From the NCBI GenBank assembly GCA_028717245.1, contig JAQUOD010000001.1, positions 309,324 through 373,323 on the forward strand: DNA of 64,000 nt, given 5' to 3'. This document shows, piece after piece, positions 20,260-30,180 of the stretch. The DNA is from Candidatus Omnitrophota bacterium (lineage in GTDB: Bacteria > Omnitrophota > Gorgyraeia > Gygaellales > Profunditerraquicolaceae). Position numbers and translations under genes: made by a program. The notes below the pieces were generated by a model, which did no database searches, had not been told where the DNA came from, and worked only from the letters and a program-made list of their open reading frames with translations. The first letter of the stretch is position 1. Every line of letters begins with the position of its first letter.

Positions 20260-21567
20260 TTATTTTTTAGAGGCTCCTGCCCTGCCAATACCGATATAGT
20301 TAAAGCCTAATTTAGTCAACCCCTGGGGGTCGTAGATATTACGCCCGTCTATGATAAAAGGCCTCTTGAGTAACTTCTTAACCTTAACAAAATCTAACTC
20401 CTTGAATTCATCCCATTCCGTAAGGACCAATAAACAATCGCTGCCCCGGCAAACTTCGTAGGAATCCTTACAGAATGTTACCGCCTTCAATACCTCCTTC
20501 GCCTTCTGCGTTGCGCAAGGGTCATAGACCTTTACTCTTGCGCCTTCTGATTGCAGGGTCTTAATTATATCTATGGCCGGGGCGCTACGGATATCGTCGG
20601 TGTTTGGCTTAAAAGACAGGCCTAATATCCCGATAGTCTTATCTTTAATTATCCATAAGGCATCCTTAACCTTGTTTAAGAATAATTCTTTTTGCTGCTG
20701 GTTAATAACCCTGACTGCCTTAAGCAAATCAAAACTACAGCCTAATTTTTCCGAGATATTTACAAAGGCATCTACGTCCTTAGGAAAACATGACCCGCCG
20801 TATCCTATGCCGGCATTCAAAAATCCCGGTCCAATCCGTTTATCCAAACCCATGCCTTGCGCTACCTCTGCTACATCCGCCCCTACTTTATCGCAAACCT
20901 GGGAGACGGCATTGATAAAAGAAATCTTAGTGGCTAGAAAAGAGTTAGAAGCATGTTTTATCAATTCCGCGGACTTAATATCCGTTACCACCAGCGGTAC
21001 ATTCAGGGGTTTATATAAAGCGGCCAGTATATCCCTTGCCTTTTTTGATTCTACGCCGATAACAATCCTGTCCGGATGCATAAAATCATTGATGGCCTGG
21101 CCTTCCCTTAAGAATTCCGGGTTGGAGGCGATATCAAATTTTACTTTTCGTTTCACATAGGCCGAGATAGTCTGTTTTACCCATTTACCCGTTTCCACCG
21201 GCACGGTAGATTTCTCAACGATAAGACGGTAACCGGAAAGATTCAGCGCTATATTACGCGCTACATTCTCAACACCGGTAAGGTCGGCTTCGCCGTTATC
21301 CAAAGAAGGCGTGCCTACGGCAATAAATATTACCTCAGATTTAGAGAGCGCTTCCTTAATGCTAGTTGTAAAGAAAAGCCTCTTTTTTTTGACATTAATC
21401 TTCACCAGCTCCTCAAGGCCCGGCTCATATATGGGTATGCTGCCTTTTTTCAGGTTGGCAATCTTTTTACGGTCATTGTCCGCGCAGATAACCTTGTTTC
21501 CCAACTCAGCAAAGCAGGCACCCGTAACTAATCCTACATAACCTGTACCAATAATAGCAATATTCAT
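20260..21567 (-). CDS. ugd: UDP-glucose 6-dehydrogenase
   Basis: IIGTGYVGLVTGACFA; GGSCFPKD catalytic Cys. Confidence 0.9.
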   Translation of the reverse strand: MNIAIIGTGYVGLVTGACFAELGNKVICADNDRKKIANLKKGSIPIYEPGLEELVKINVKKKRLFFTTSIKEALSKSEVIFIAVGTPSLDNGEADLTGVENVARNIALNLSGYRLIVEKSTVPVETGKWVKQTISAYVKRKVKFDIASNPEFLREGQAINDFMHPDRIVIGVESKKARDILAALYKPLNVPLVVTDIKSAELIKHASNSFLATKISFINAVSQVCDKVGADVAEVAQGMGLDKRIGPGFLNAGIGYGGSCFPKDVDAFVNISEKLGCSFDLLKAVRVINQQQKELFLNKVKDALWIIKDKTIGILGLSFKPNTDDIRSAPAIDIIKTLQSEGARVKVYDPCATQKAKEVLKAVTFCKDSYEVCRGSDCLLVLTEWDEFKELDFVKVKKLLKRPFIIDGRNIYDPQGLTKLGFNYIGIGRAGASKK

Positions 21568-21584
21568 ACTTCTACCTTCTCCTT

Positions 21585-23849
21585 TTATCGCACTACAGAA
21601 GCTGATTGCGAGCCGGGCTTAGGCGCATGATAATCTTGATTAAAATTAAACTCCAGCTCAGGAAATGCCTTTAGCCTAAAAACAAACCAGATGCTTTCGC
21701 CGTAGCCTCTTTTAACATTGTAGGTAACATCCCAAGTCCAACAGTGTAAATCTCTGGATATGGTATATTCCTGTTCTCTTAAACCCCTGGCCCTATTCGT
21801 TTCGTGCCCCCTATAGTATCTCTGATAAGCCGAGAACTTCCATTTAGGAGTCAAGCGCCACTTTAGATCATAGGTTATTTCATTGCCGCCTTTTATCTCA
21901 TAACGCTGCCCTACCCCGAATGAGCGTTCATTCCCAAAATCAAAATTAATATCATAATTACCGTTAGAGAAATGGTTGTATTTAGGGTCAGAGCGGGCCC
22001 CGGAATGCGTATAGGTGGCATCAGCATCTATATGCATCCATGAATATGGCAAGATTCGCAAATCAAAGAGGACATCAGAGAAGCCGCTGCCCCGCTTACT
22101 CCTTCCTTCCGAGATAGATTTAGGTTTATATACATAGGAGGTATTGATGCGTAAATCCGCAAAATCCACGCTTTTATTATTACGTTTTGTCTGCAGTTTA
22201 TTGGATATTTCAAAAGCCGGAGAGTTGCTGCTGGTATCAATCGTATCTACATCATCTATCTGCCTAAGCTTAGCGCTTCCTATGGTAGGCTCGTGACGAT
22301 AGGTATAACTTACGGTAGGCGTAATGATATGCCTTAAGCCGTTTATATCTAACCCTAAAAAGTTGCTCTTTATATCAAATATACGGTAAAATTTAGTGCT
22401 CATATCCGCCCCGCCATAAAAAATAGTGCGCGGGGCTTCGTCGGAAGCGCTAACCGCCTTTTTATCGTAAAAGGTCAGGCGGTCCATAACAAAAGGAGTG
22501 AAATTGATAAAAGCTACCTTCATAGGTATGGACAGCTTATTACTGGTATCCAGCCTGTCCACGTGGGCATCAGGATTAGTATCGTTTGCCGTAGGCGTCA
22601 TGGTGCTGGTGTTCTTCTTATTATAACTGCCCGCAGAAGTAGTATCTTCAAAATAAAATGGGCTGTCTAAAATCTGGTAACTGGGCAGGCTATATTTTAC
22701 TTCGGGGAGCTTTTCCAAATAACCCGGGTCATACCAACGGTTAGTACGTTTCTGCACAAGTATATCTAAGCTGGAATAATTGAAACTGTGGTGCAATAAG
22801 GCATAACTCAGCGGTTGGCTATCCTTTTCGTATTCACGATAGAAATAATCTTTCAGAAAATTATATGTAGGGCCCTTGATCGCCATCTTAGAATCCGTAA
22901 TTTTATAATATTCTGAGGTAAAATCTGTTCTTTCGTCTATAGTCCACTTGTGCCGCCAACGGATAAGGTATCTTTGGAATATTCTGGGATTGCTATTGTC
23001 TTTGGGAAGGGTATGGTCTCTTTCCTGGGTATAATAATATTTGAAATCGCCTCTTCCGAAATTTTCACTTTTATAATTAGCCCCAAAACCTTCTGCTACG
23101 CCGAGTTTAGTGCGATAATCCAGGTAAATCCTGCCGTTGATATTATCGGTAAAGCTGTATCTCCAGGCGCTGAGCATATAAGGGCCCCATTCTTTTTTCT
23201 TACCGGGCGTTAACTGCACGTGCGCCATCGGGTCCTTCAGGTTATGGTTGTATCGGGGAAGATACAATATGGGCACCTTACCTATGTAGAAAGCATTATC
23301 CTTAGCCTGGATCTTGTCATTCGGAAAAACATCTATCTTTCCGGATTTAATACGGTAATGGGGATTATCATAACTACAAGTGGTAAAATATCCCCGGTTA
23401 GCTATAAATTCGCTATCGCTCACCTTCTCTACGTTCTCTGCCCTGCCGAAATAGGGATTAGCCCGAAAACCTGAATCAATAATAATGCCTTTCTTGGTCT
23501 GGAAATTATATTTTATTTTTTTTCCCTCTACTATCCCTTCCTTATCTTCCAGCCTGACATCGCCTTCGGCCTGTGCATCCTTAGTCTGGGTGTTTACGCT
23601 CAACTTATGGCAGGTCAGCTTGCTGCCTTTATAGATTACCGATACGTTTCCCGTAGCAGTCACTTCTTTGGCATCGGTAGAATATTCAACCGTATCGCCG
23701 TTCACAATAATAGCTTCGTCTTTTTTCTCTTGGGCGTATAAGCTGTAAGCTGTAAGCTGTAAGCTGTAAGCGAAAATAAAAAAGGACAGTGAAATCATCC
23801 TAAGAAATTTCAACTTTTGAACTGTGATTTCTAATTTATGACTTATCAC
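21585..23849 (-). CDS. lptD: LPS-assembly protein LptD (OstA family)
   Basis: 754 aa with OstA N-domain and large beta-barrel region. The annotated GTG start is doubtful; an internal ATG (MISLSFFIF...) about 16 codons downstream fits a signal peptide better. Confidence 0.8.
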   Translation of the reverse strand: MISHKLEITVQKLKFLRMISLSFFIFAYSLQLTAYSLYAQEKKDEAIIVNGDTVEYSTDAKEVTATGNVSVIYKGSKLTCHKLSVNTQTKDAQAEGDVRLEDKEGIVEGKKIKYNFQTKKGIIIDSGFRANPYFGRAENVEKVSDSEFIANRGYFTTCSYDNPHYRIKSGKIDVFPNDKIQAKDNAFYIGKVPILYLPRYNHNLKDPMAHVQLTPGKKKEWGPYMLSAWRYSFTDNINGRIYLDYRTKLGVAEGFGANYKSENFGRGDFKYYYTQERDHTLPKDNSNPRIFQRYLIRWRHKWTIDERTDFTSEYYKITDSKMAIKGPTYNFLKDYFYREYEKDSQPLSYALLHHSFNYSSLDILVQKRTNRWYDPGYLEKLPEVKYSLPSYQILDSPFYFEDTTSAGSYNKKNTSTMTPTANDTNPDAHVDRLDTSNKLSIPMKVAFINFTPFVMDRLTFYDKKAVSASDEAPRTIFYGGADMSTKFYRIFDIKSNFLGLDINGLRHIITPTVSYTYRHEPTIGSAKLRQIDDVDTIDTSSNSPAFEISNKLQTKRNNKSVDFADLRINTSYVYKPKSISEGRSKRGSGFSDVLFDLRILPYSWMHIDADATYTHSGARSDPKYNHFSNGNYDINFDFGNERSFGVGQRYEIKGGNEITYDLKWRLTPKWKFSAYQRYYRGHETNRARGLREQEYTISRDLHCWTWDVTYNVKRGYGESIWFVFRLKAFPELEFNFNQDYHAPKPGSQSASVVR

Positions 23850-23892
23850 TTATAGCTTATAGCTTATAACTTATAGCTTATAACTTATAACT
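23736..23892. repeat. two tandem short-repeat blocks at the lptD 5' end: (GCTGTAAG)x4.5 at 23740-23771 inside the coding region, and (CTTATAR)x7 at 23841-23892 across the start
   Basis: Read directly from the sequence. The in-frame octamer block encodes AYSLQLTAYSLYA in the LptD signal-peptide region. Confidence 0.9.
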
Positions 23893-24537
23893 TCACTTGG
23901 GGATTTTCTTATAATCCTCCAGGAACCTCTGGACGCCTATGTCCGTCAAGGGGTGTTTTATCAGCTGTTCGATGACGGCAAAAGGTATGGTGGCGATATC
24001 TGAGCCGATCTTTGCCGCCTCTACTACATGCAAAGGATTACGGATAGAAGCTACGATTATCTGGGTCTTAAAATTATAATTGGAGTAGACCTGTTTTATA
24101 TCGCGGATCAAATCCATTCCTACCTGGCTTATATCATCCAGCCGGCCGATAAAGGGCGATATATAGTCTGCCCCGGCCTTGGCCGCGAGTATTGCCTGTG
24201 AAGGAGAAAAACAAAGCGTAACATTTGTTTTTATTCCTTTTTCGGAAAGAATTTTTACTGCCTTAAGTCCCTCCTTAACCAGGGGAACCTTAATCACGAT
24301 ATTCTTGGCAATCTTAGAAAGCTCTAAGGCCTCAGCGACCATGCCGTTAGCTTCCAAAGATATAACCTCTGCGCTTACCGGGCCATTTACCAATGAACAT
24401 ATCTCTTTTAATAATTCGCCTGCCTTACGGTTTTCTTTTGCGATTAGGCTGGGATTGGTGGTAACCCCGTCTATGACACCTAAAGCTACTGCCTCTTTTA
24501 TATCTTTTACATTCGCGGTATCAATGAATATTTTCAC
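23893..24537 (-). CDS. tal: transaldolase (fructose-6-phosphate aldolase-like short form)
   Basis: [16 protein letters not shown]...TTNPSL; GTG start. Confidence 0.9.
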   Translation of the reverse strand: MKIFIDTANVKDIKEAVALGVIDGVTTNPSLIAKENRKAGELLKEICSLVNGPVSAEVISLEANGMVAEALELSKIAKNIVIKVPLVKEGLKAVKILSEKGIKTNVTLCFSPSQAILAAKAGADYISPFIGRLDDISQVGMDLIRDIKQVYSNYNFKTQIIVASIRNPLHVVEAAKIGSDIATIPFAVIEQLIKHPLTDIGVQRFLEDYKKIPK

Positions 24538-24589
24538 CCCGCTCTTCCTTTCTTATTTATACCCCTGCCCTTATTAGGAAGGGCGGGGT

Positions 24590-25516
24590 TCATTGCCTTA
24601 TCCCCTCTTTTACTAATATAGCGGCCCCGATTAAACCTGCATCAGCGCCTAATTTTGCCTTAAATATATTTACGCGCCTTGCCTGCACGCTCATTGCGCG
24701 TTTTAAGGTAATCTTTTTTAAATTATCGAACAAGACTCTACCGGCATTTGCTACTCCCCCTCCGATAACGATACAATCCGGATTAAGTATATTTATTATA
24801 CCCGTAAGCGCAACTGATAACCTTTCAGCGAATTGCCTCCAGATTGCTTTGGCCTTGGGATTTCCTTTTCTTGCCAAAGAACTCAATTCCTCCAGGGTTA
24901 TGCTGCTGCTAAAGATCTTCCTTGCTTCTTCCAAAACCCTGTTATTACCGATATAACTTTCAAGGCAGGCCCTGCCGCCGCAATTACACCGCGGCCCATT
25001 TTCATTAATCGGCAAATGCCCTATTTCGCCTGCGGCGTTACTTAATCCGCGGTAGAGCTTCCCGTTAATAATGATGCTTCCGCCGATGCCGGTTCCTAAA
25101 GTAAGGCATACGGCATTAGTTGCACCTCTGGCTGCGCCGAGTTTATATTCTGCAAGGCACATGGCCTTGGCATCATTATCCACGAATACCGGTAACCTTA
25201 ATTTATTTTGGAGAATAATTTTTAGTTTTACTTCTTTCCAGCCGGGAATATTAGGGAAGAAATGGACTATTCCTTTTTCAAAATCTATAGGGCCGGGCAA
25301 ACCTAAACCGACACCTAAGAGGTTCGCCCTGTTTAACTTATTATCCTTTAAGATTTTATCTACGGAATGGACGATTGCCGAAATCAAGGCTTCTTTTTTA
25401 CTAAACCTTTGTGTATCTAAGACTTCCTTGTGCCTAATCCTGAACTTTAAATCTAATAATGCAATCTTTAAATTCGTCCCCCCTAAATCAATAGCCGCTA
25501 TAAATCTCTTCGCCAT
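24590..25516 (-). CDS. ROK family sugar kinase (glucokinase-like)
   Basis: AIDLGGTNLK ATP-binding region and CNCGxxGCLE zinc motif. Confidence 0.88.
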   Translation of the reverse strand: MAKRFIAAIDLGGTNLKIALLDLKFRIRHKEVLDTQRFSKKEALISAIVHSVDKILKDNKLNRANLLGVGLGLPGPIDFEKGIVHFFPNIPGWKEVKLKIILQNKLRLPVFVDNDAKAMCLAEYKLGAARGATNAVCLTLGTGIGGSIIINGKLYRGLSNAAGEIGHLPINENGPRCNCGGRACLESYIGNNRVLEEARKIFSSSITLEELSSLARKGNPKAKAIWRQFAERLSVALTGIINILNPDCIVIGGGVANAGRVLFDNLKKITLKRAMSVQARRVNIFKAKLGADAGLIGAAILVKEGIRQ

Positions 25517-25563
25517 AGTTATTTATTCTATATGAAAGTTACGATAATTTCAATAGATAATAT

Positions 25564-25874
25564 TTTAGCGGGTCCTGCCGCGTGAGCGCCTCTCGCCAAA
25601 TTTGGCTCGAGGCATCTCCCGCGTCACCCGCTAAAGATAAATATGTCAACTTGCAACAAATGAATCTGGCGGTTTTCGAGCGAATGGAGGTTTTAGCCAA
25701 AGCAGCTTGAGTGAACGAGGGAATCCGAACGCGGAAGCATTCGGACAGCGAGGATGTTTGAGCCCGTCCTGGCGAAGCCGACGGGCGAGTTCCGCAGCTG
25801 CCGAGTTCACGAAAGACCTTTGGCGTGCCCGATAGGGCAAAACCGACTTGAGCGAGAAAATCGACAGATTCATT
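25564..25874. repeat. modular intergenic element, copy B
   Basis: Begins TTTAGCGGGTCCTGCCG and ends CAGATTCATT. Has the same core as copies A and C, plus the conserved TTTGAGC-hairpin-CGAGTTC module with a different stem sequence than A. Confidence 0.7.
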
Positions 25875-25889
25875 TGTACGGTAGGCTTG

Positions 25890-26873
25890 CTAATAAAGGC
25901 AAACCTTGTTCCTGCCTCCTTCTTTGGCGCGGTATAAAGCCGTATCAGCTTTATCAATAAGCGTCTTCATATCCTTGCCGTCACCGGGAAAAACAGAGAT
26001 ACCTATACTGACCGTAACTTTTAATTCTTCATCATAGGCCTTTATACGCTTCTCTTCTATGGCCTGGCGGATACGCTCTGCCGCAAACCCCGCTGCTTCT
26101 TTATCCGTCTGGCTCAGAATAACGGAGAATTCTTCTCCGCCGTAGCGGCCCATTAAATCTATCTGCCTGATATTCTGCTGGATTATCTTAGAAAGCTCCC
26201 TGAGTATGGTATCTCCCACAATATGGCCGTAACGGTCATTATATTCTTTAAAATAGTCTATATCTATCATTAAACAACAAAACCGATAGTTGAATTTTTG
26301 TGAACGCTCCAATTCTTCTTTAAACCTCTCCAGATAATACCGGCGGTTAAAAACCTTAGTAAGGCTGTCTATGATAGCCAGCTCCTGGACGTCCTGATAC
26401 AAGATGGCTCTTTTAATCCCCAGAAGAAACTGCTGGGATAAGATATAAAATTTATCCCTCTCCTCCTCCTTTAATCCTTCTACCACCAGATGGCCGATAA
26501 GCTCCCCGCTTATGCTTAAGGGAAAGGTTAAGCAGTCTTTATAAACCGACAGATCTTGATTACCTTTCAAAAATTTACAATCATTTACCGTAACATATTC
26601 CCTGACCTTTTCCTTAAAACAAGCGAACACCTTATCCGCATCCAGTGTTTTAGAGATCTGTTTGGTTATATCGTAAAGGGCCATTGTACTATCGAGTTTA
26701 TCCTGCAATCTATGGTTGGCTTCTTTAATCATCTTGTTTTCTGCCGATAGGTTATCATATTCATTTTTCAGGCTTTTATGCATATGGGCCTCAATGGGGC
26801 TCTTAGACAATTTCTTCCTAAGCCAAAGGAATAAAAAGAAAGTAGCCAGGACTAAAATTATTATGTAATACAT
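25890..26873 (-). CDS. GGDEF-domain diguanylate cyclase with N-terminal TM helix and coiled coil
   Basis: RYGGEEFSVIL active-site motif. Confidence 0.88.
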   Translation of the reverse strand: MYYIIILVLATFFLFLWLRKKLSKSPIEAHMHKSLKNEYDNLSAENKMIKEANHRLQDKLDSTMALYDITKQISKTLDADKVFACFKEKVREYVTVNDCKFLKGNQDLSVYKDCLTFPLSISGELIGHLVVEGLKEEERDKFYILSQQFLLGIKRAILYQDVQELAIIDSLTKVFNRRYYLERFKEELERSQKFNYRFCCLMIDIDYFKEYNDRYGHIVGDTILRELSKIIQQNIRQIDLMGRYGGEEFSVILSQTDKEAAGFAAERIRQAIEEKRIKAYDEELKVTVSIGISVFPGDGKDMKTLIDKADTALYRAKEGGRNKVCLY

Positions 26874-28096
26874 ACCCTGTTCCGTCCTTTTTGTTTCGCT
26901 TCGTACATCGCCTTATCTACTTTCAAGATCAGCTCATCGGCGTTATTTCCGTCCAGAGGAAAAGAAACTACGCCGATAGATACCGTAATATGAGTTTCCT
27001 GTTTACGCAAGGTTACTTTTGCTTTTTCTATCTTTACCCTTAGCTCCTCCGCGACTTGATGGGCCTTGGCCTTACCCAGAGAAGGCAGGATTACGCAGAA
27101 TTCTTCTCCCCCGAAACGGCTGATCACCGCATCGAGGCCTTTTAAAAAATCAGTTATATTGTGGCTTAGGTTCTTTAATACGATATCGCCTGAGATATGG
27201 CCGAATTTATCGTTATAATTCTTAAAATAATCTATATCAAGCATCAGTAATGAAAAAGATGTACCCTGCCTGAGCCCCTTAAGGCATTCATTCTTTAAAC
27301 CGTCTAAAAAATAATGCCTGGTAAAAAGCGAGGTCAGCTCGTCATGTATGGCTAAATCCCTCATCCTCTGGAAGAGCTCTCCGTTTTCTAAAGCTAGTGC
27401 CCCTAAATTGCATATGGCGTCAAGGTAGCGCAGGTCATCCTGGGAATAAAAGCTGCTTAAAGGGCTATCCAGCCTAAACACACCTAAAAACTTATGCTCG
27501 CTGATGAGGGGTGAGCTGATTAAAGAAGAGACAGGCCTGGTATATGCCTGGGCCCCTATTTTTTCCAGATCAAAGCGGAAATCCTTCCTGATATCTTCTA
27601 CTAATAAAGGGCTTGAATGCCTTAATACCCAAAAATCGAATATATCGCCTTCCTTGGCCTTGACGATCAATCCCTCTTCTTCTTTTTTTGTCTTAAAAAG
27701 ATTCAGTTTCTGCGTCTGGCTATCCAATAAATACAAAATACACGTACCCTTACCGCGGGCAATGACGGAAAAGGCAGATGAGGTGAGGCTATCGCCTATA
27801 GTTTCTAAATCCAGGCTCTGGTCTATCTCTTCGGTAATCTCTTTTAATTTATTGTAACGTTTTATTTTATCTTCCAGGGCAATTTTGTTTTCGGCCTCCT
27901 TGGCGTTTTCGGCGTTCAGGATATTTATTTTTTCTTCAAGGCCCTGGCTCTGGATAGTAAGGCAGTTCTTTCTGACGAAATACCTGCGGATAAGATAAAA
28001 TATGGCGAGGATATTAACAAAGAGGAGCACGGCTAATAAACGAAAGAGCAAAATATCCATATGAAGCGCCGGTGGCTTTAAGGAAGGATAAAGCAT
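26861..28096 (-). CDS. GAF-GGDEF diguanylate cyclase with N-terminal TM helix
   Basis: RFGGEEFCVIL motif. 13-nt overlap with the downstream GGDEF gene. Confidence 0.85.
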   Translation of the reverse strand: MLYPSLKPPALHMDILLFRLLAVLLFVNILAIFYLIRRYFVRKNCLTIQSQGLEEKINILNAENAKEAENKIALEDKIKRYNKLKEITEEIDQSLDLETIGDSLTSSAFSVIARGKGTCILYLLDSQTQKLNLFKTKKEEEGLIVKAKEGDIFDFWVLRHSSPLLVEDIRKDFRFDLEKIGAQAYTRPVSSLISSPLISEHKFLGVFRLDSPLSSFYSQDDLRYLDAICNLGALALENGELFQRMRDLAIHDELTSLFTRHYFLDGLKNECLKGLRQGTSFSLLMLDIDYFKNYNDKFGHISGDIVLKNLSHNITDFLKGLDAVISRFGGEEFCVILPSLGKAKAHQVAEELRVKIEKAKVTLRKQETHITVSIGVVSFPLDGNNADELILKVDKAMYEAKQKGRNRVCIT

Positions 28097-28152
28097 GGGT
28101 TAACTATTCCCTGCTTGAGAAGAGTCTTTGCGAGAGGGTATGGAAATTAAGT

Positions 28153-29256
28153 TTATACGATTGTTTCCTCGGTCTTCTTATCGAAAAAATGCGCCTTACT
28201 CATGTCGAAAACTACGTCCATATTCTGGTTGACCGCAGGCCTATCGTGTGCCCCTGCGCGTGCGATAAAAGTGTGTTTTCCTGTGTTCAGATAAAGGTAG
28301 ACCTCTGAACCCATCGGTTCAACCACCTCGCAGTTAACCCTGACGATATTTTCCGGCGGGGCTTCAGAAACGAATAATTTATCGTATATATCTTCGGAGC
28401 GGATGCCAAAAATGACTTCCTGGCCTATGTGGGGGTAGAGTTTCGCATACATCTCCTCTACTATCTTTACTGCGGCCCTGCCCTCATCAAAATACATGCG
28501 CCCGTTTTTTTTGATAAGCTCACCCTGCATAAAATTCATCGGCGGAGAACCGATAAATCCGGCTACGAATTTATTCCGCGGATGGTCATAAACCGTCATC
28601 GGGTCTGCCACCTGCTGCAGGAGGCCGTCTTTCATGACCGCAATCCTGTCGCCCATAGTCATAGCCTCTACCTGGTCATGGGTAACGTATATTATCGTTG
28701 ACTGCAGCCTGATATGGAGCTTGTGTATTTCTGTACGCATCTGAACCCTTAGTTTTGCATCCAGGTTGCTGAGGGGTTCGTCAAATAGAAACACTAAAGG
28801 CTTCCTCACGATTGTCCTGCCTACGGCAACGCGCTGCCTTTCGCCGCCGGAGAGCTCCCGGGGCTTACGGTTCAGCAGGTGTTTTATGCCTAAAATATCC
28901 GCTGCCTCATTAACCCGCCGGACAATCTCATTTTTAGGATAACCCCTTAGTTTCAAACCAAAGGCCATATTCTCAAATACGCTAAAATGCGGATAAATGG
29001 CATAGTTCTGGAAGACCATGGCGATATCGCGGTCTTTTGCCGGAATATCATTTACCAGTTTATCGCCTATATATACCTCGCCTTCACTTATTTCCTCTAA
29101 ACCGGCAATCATCCTCAAGGTCGTAGATTTCCCGCAGCCGGATGGCCCTACCAATATCATAAATTCCTTATTCTCCACCCCTAAATCTATGCTGTCCACT
29201 ACCTTTACGCCGTTACTAAAGACCTTAGAAACTCTTTTCAGGCTCACTTGCGCCAT
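28153..29256 (-). CDS. ABC transporter ATP-binding protein (MalK/UgpC/MsiK-type with TOBE domain)
   Basis: GPSGCGKST Walker A, LSGGERQRVAV signature, Walker B DEPLSNLD. Confidence 0.9.
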   Translation of the reverse strand: MAQVSLKRVSKVFSNGVKVVDSIDLGVENKEFMILVGPSGCGKSTTLRMIAGLEEISEGEVYIGDKLVNDIPAKDRDIAMVFQNYAIYPHFSVFENMAFGLKLRGYPKNEIVRRVNEAADILGIKHLLNRKPRELSGGERQRVAVGRTIVRKPLVFLFDEPLSNLDAKLRVQMRTEIHKLHIRLQSTIIYVTHDQVEAMTMGDRIAVMKDGLLQQVADPMTVYDHPRNKFVAGFIGSPPMNFMQGELIKKNGRMYFDEGRAAVKIVEEMYAKLYPHIGQEVIFGIRSEDIYDKLFVSEAPPENIVRVNCEVVEPMGSEVYLYLNTGKHTFIARAGAHDRPAVNQNMDVVFDMSKAHFFDKKTEETIV

Positions 29257-29279
29257 TTGTCCTCGCTTCGCTCAGTATG

Positions 29280-30119
29280 TCAACTTAAATAATCCAGTAA
29301 TTGGCCGAGCGTCGCCTTTAAACTCTTACGTTGCACTATCATATCAATTAAACCGTGCTGCAGGAGGAACTCCGAACGCTGGAACCCCGCAGGCAATTTC
29401 TGCCTGATAGTCTGTTCAATGACCCGGGGGCCGGTAAAACCTATCAGGGCTTTTGGCTCGGCAATAATTATATCCCCTAATCCCGCAAATGACGCCATAA
29501 CCCCGGCCATAGTAGGGTCAGTGAGGACGGAAATATAAGGTAATTTCTCCTGATGGTGATAATAGAGCGCGGCTGAGGTCTTGGCCATCTGCATCAGGCT
29601 AAACATCCCTTCATACATCCGAGCTCCGCCGCCTGAACCGGAAACAATAATCAAGGGGAGCCTGTTTTTTGTTGCCGCTTCAATGGCGCGGGTTATCTTT
29701 TCTCCCACAACCGTGCCCATCGAACCCATAATAAAACGGGAATCCGTGACGGCAAGGATTGCTTTTTTATTTTCCAAGAGGCCCTCGCCGGTTATTACCG
29801 CCTCTTTTAATCCTGTCGCGGCTTTATCCTGCTCTAATTTCTCCGGGTAAGTCTTTGGCCCTTTAAAATCCAGCGGGTCAGAAGATAGCATATCTTTATC
29901 ATACTCCTGGAACGTATCTTTATCTAAAAGCATGTTTATTCTCTCATAAGCGCCCAGCACAAAATGATAATTACATTTCGGGCAGACTTTCAGGTTCTCG
30001 TCCAGGGTCTTATTATATAAAGCCTCTGAGCAGGCCTCGCATTTTGTCCAGAGCCCGTCAGGGATCTCTTTCTTCTTAAGCCTTACGATTGTGTATTTGG
30101 GTTTACCAAAGAGTGCCAT
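29280..30119 (-). CDS. accD: acetyl-CoA carboxylase carboxyltransferase subunit beta
   Basis: N-terminal zinc ribbon CEACSEALYNK...CPKCNYH plus carboxyltransferase domain. Confidence 0.9.
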   Translation of the reverse strand: MALFGKPKYTIVRLKKKEIPDGLWTKCEACSEALYNKTLDENLKVCPKCNYHFVLGAYERINMLLDKDTFQEYDKDMLSSDPLDFKGPKTYPEKLEQDKAATGLKEAVITGEGLLENKKAILAVTDSRFIMGSMGTVVGEKITRAIEAATKNRLPLIIVSGSGGGARMYEGMFSLMQMAKTSAALYYHHQEKLPYISVLTDPTMAGVMASFAGLGDIIIAEPKALIGFTGPRVIEQTIRQKLPAGFQRSEFLLQHGLIDMIVQRKSLKATLGQLLDYLS

Positions 30120-30144
30120 TTTCCCGTATTGTGTATCGCGTTAT

Positions 30145-30162
30145 GCGTATTGCGCAATACGC
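30145..30162. promoter_or_regulatory. perfect 18-bp palindrome GCGTATTGCGCAATACGC upstream of accD, embedded in CGCAATAC/GTATTGCG repeats
   Basis: The sequence reads identically on both strands. Extra copies of the 8-mer lie at 30166-30174 and, degenerate, at 30125-30140. Confidence 0.75.
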
Positions 30163-30180
30163 CATACGCAATACTCGCTC

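Noticed and set aside
23736-23892. CRISPR array interpretation of the short tandem repeats
   Set aside because: Units are 7-8 nt with no spacers, and no cas genes are in the window.
24538-24553. Identical 16-mer CACCCCGCTCTTCCTT at 24538 and 52081
   Set aside because: At 24538 it is the reverse complement of the transaldolase SD/start region. At 52081 it is coding sequence in the lipA N-terminus. There is no shared flanking similarity, so it is most likely coincidental.
25750-25790. Group II intron domain V for the TTTGAGC-hairpin-CGAGTTC module
   Set aside because: The hairpin lacks the AGC triad/bulge/GNRA geometry of domain V. No intron-encoded protein or other domains are present. The surrounding genes are intact.
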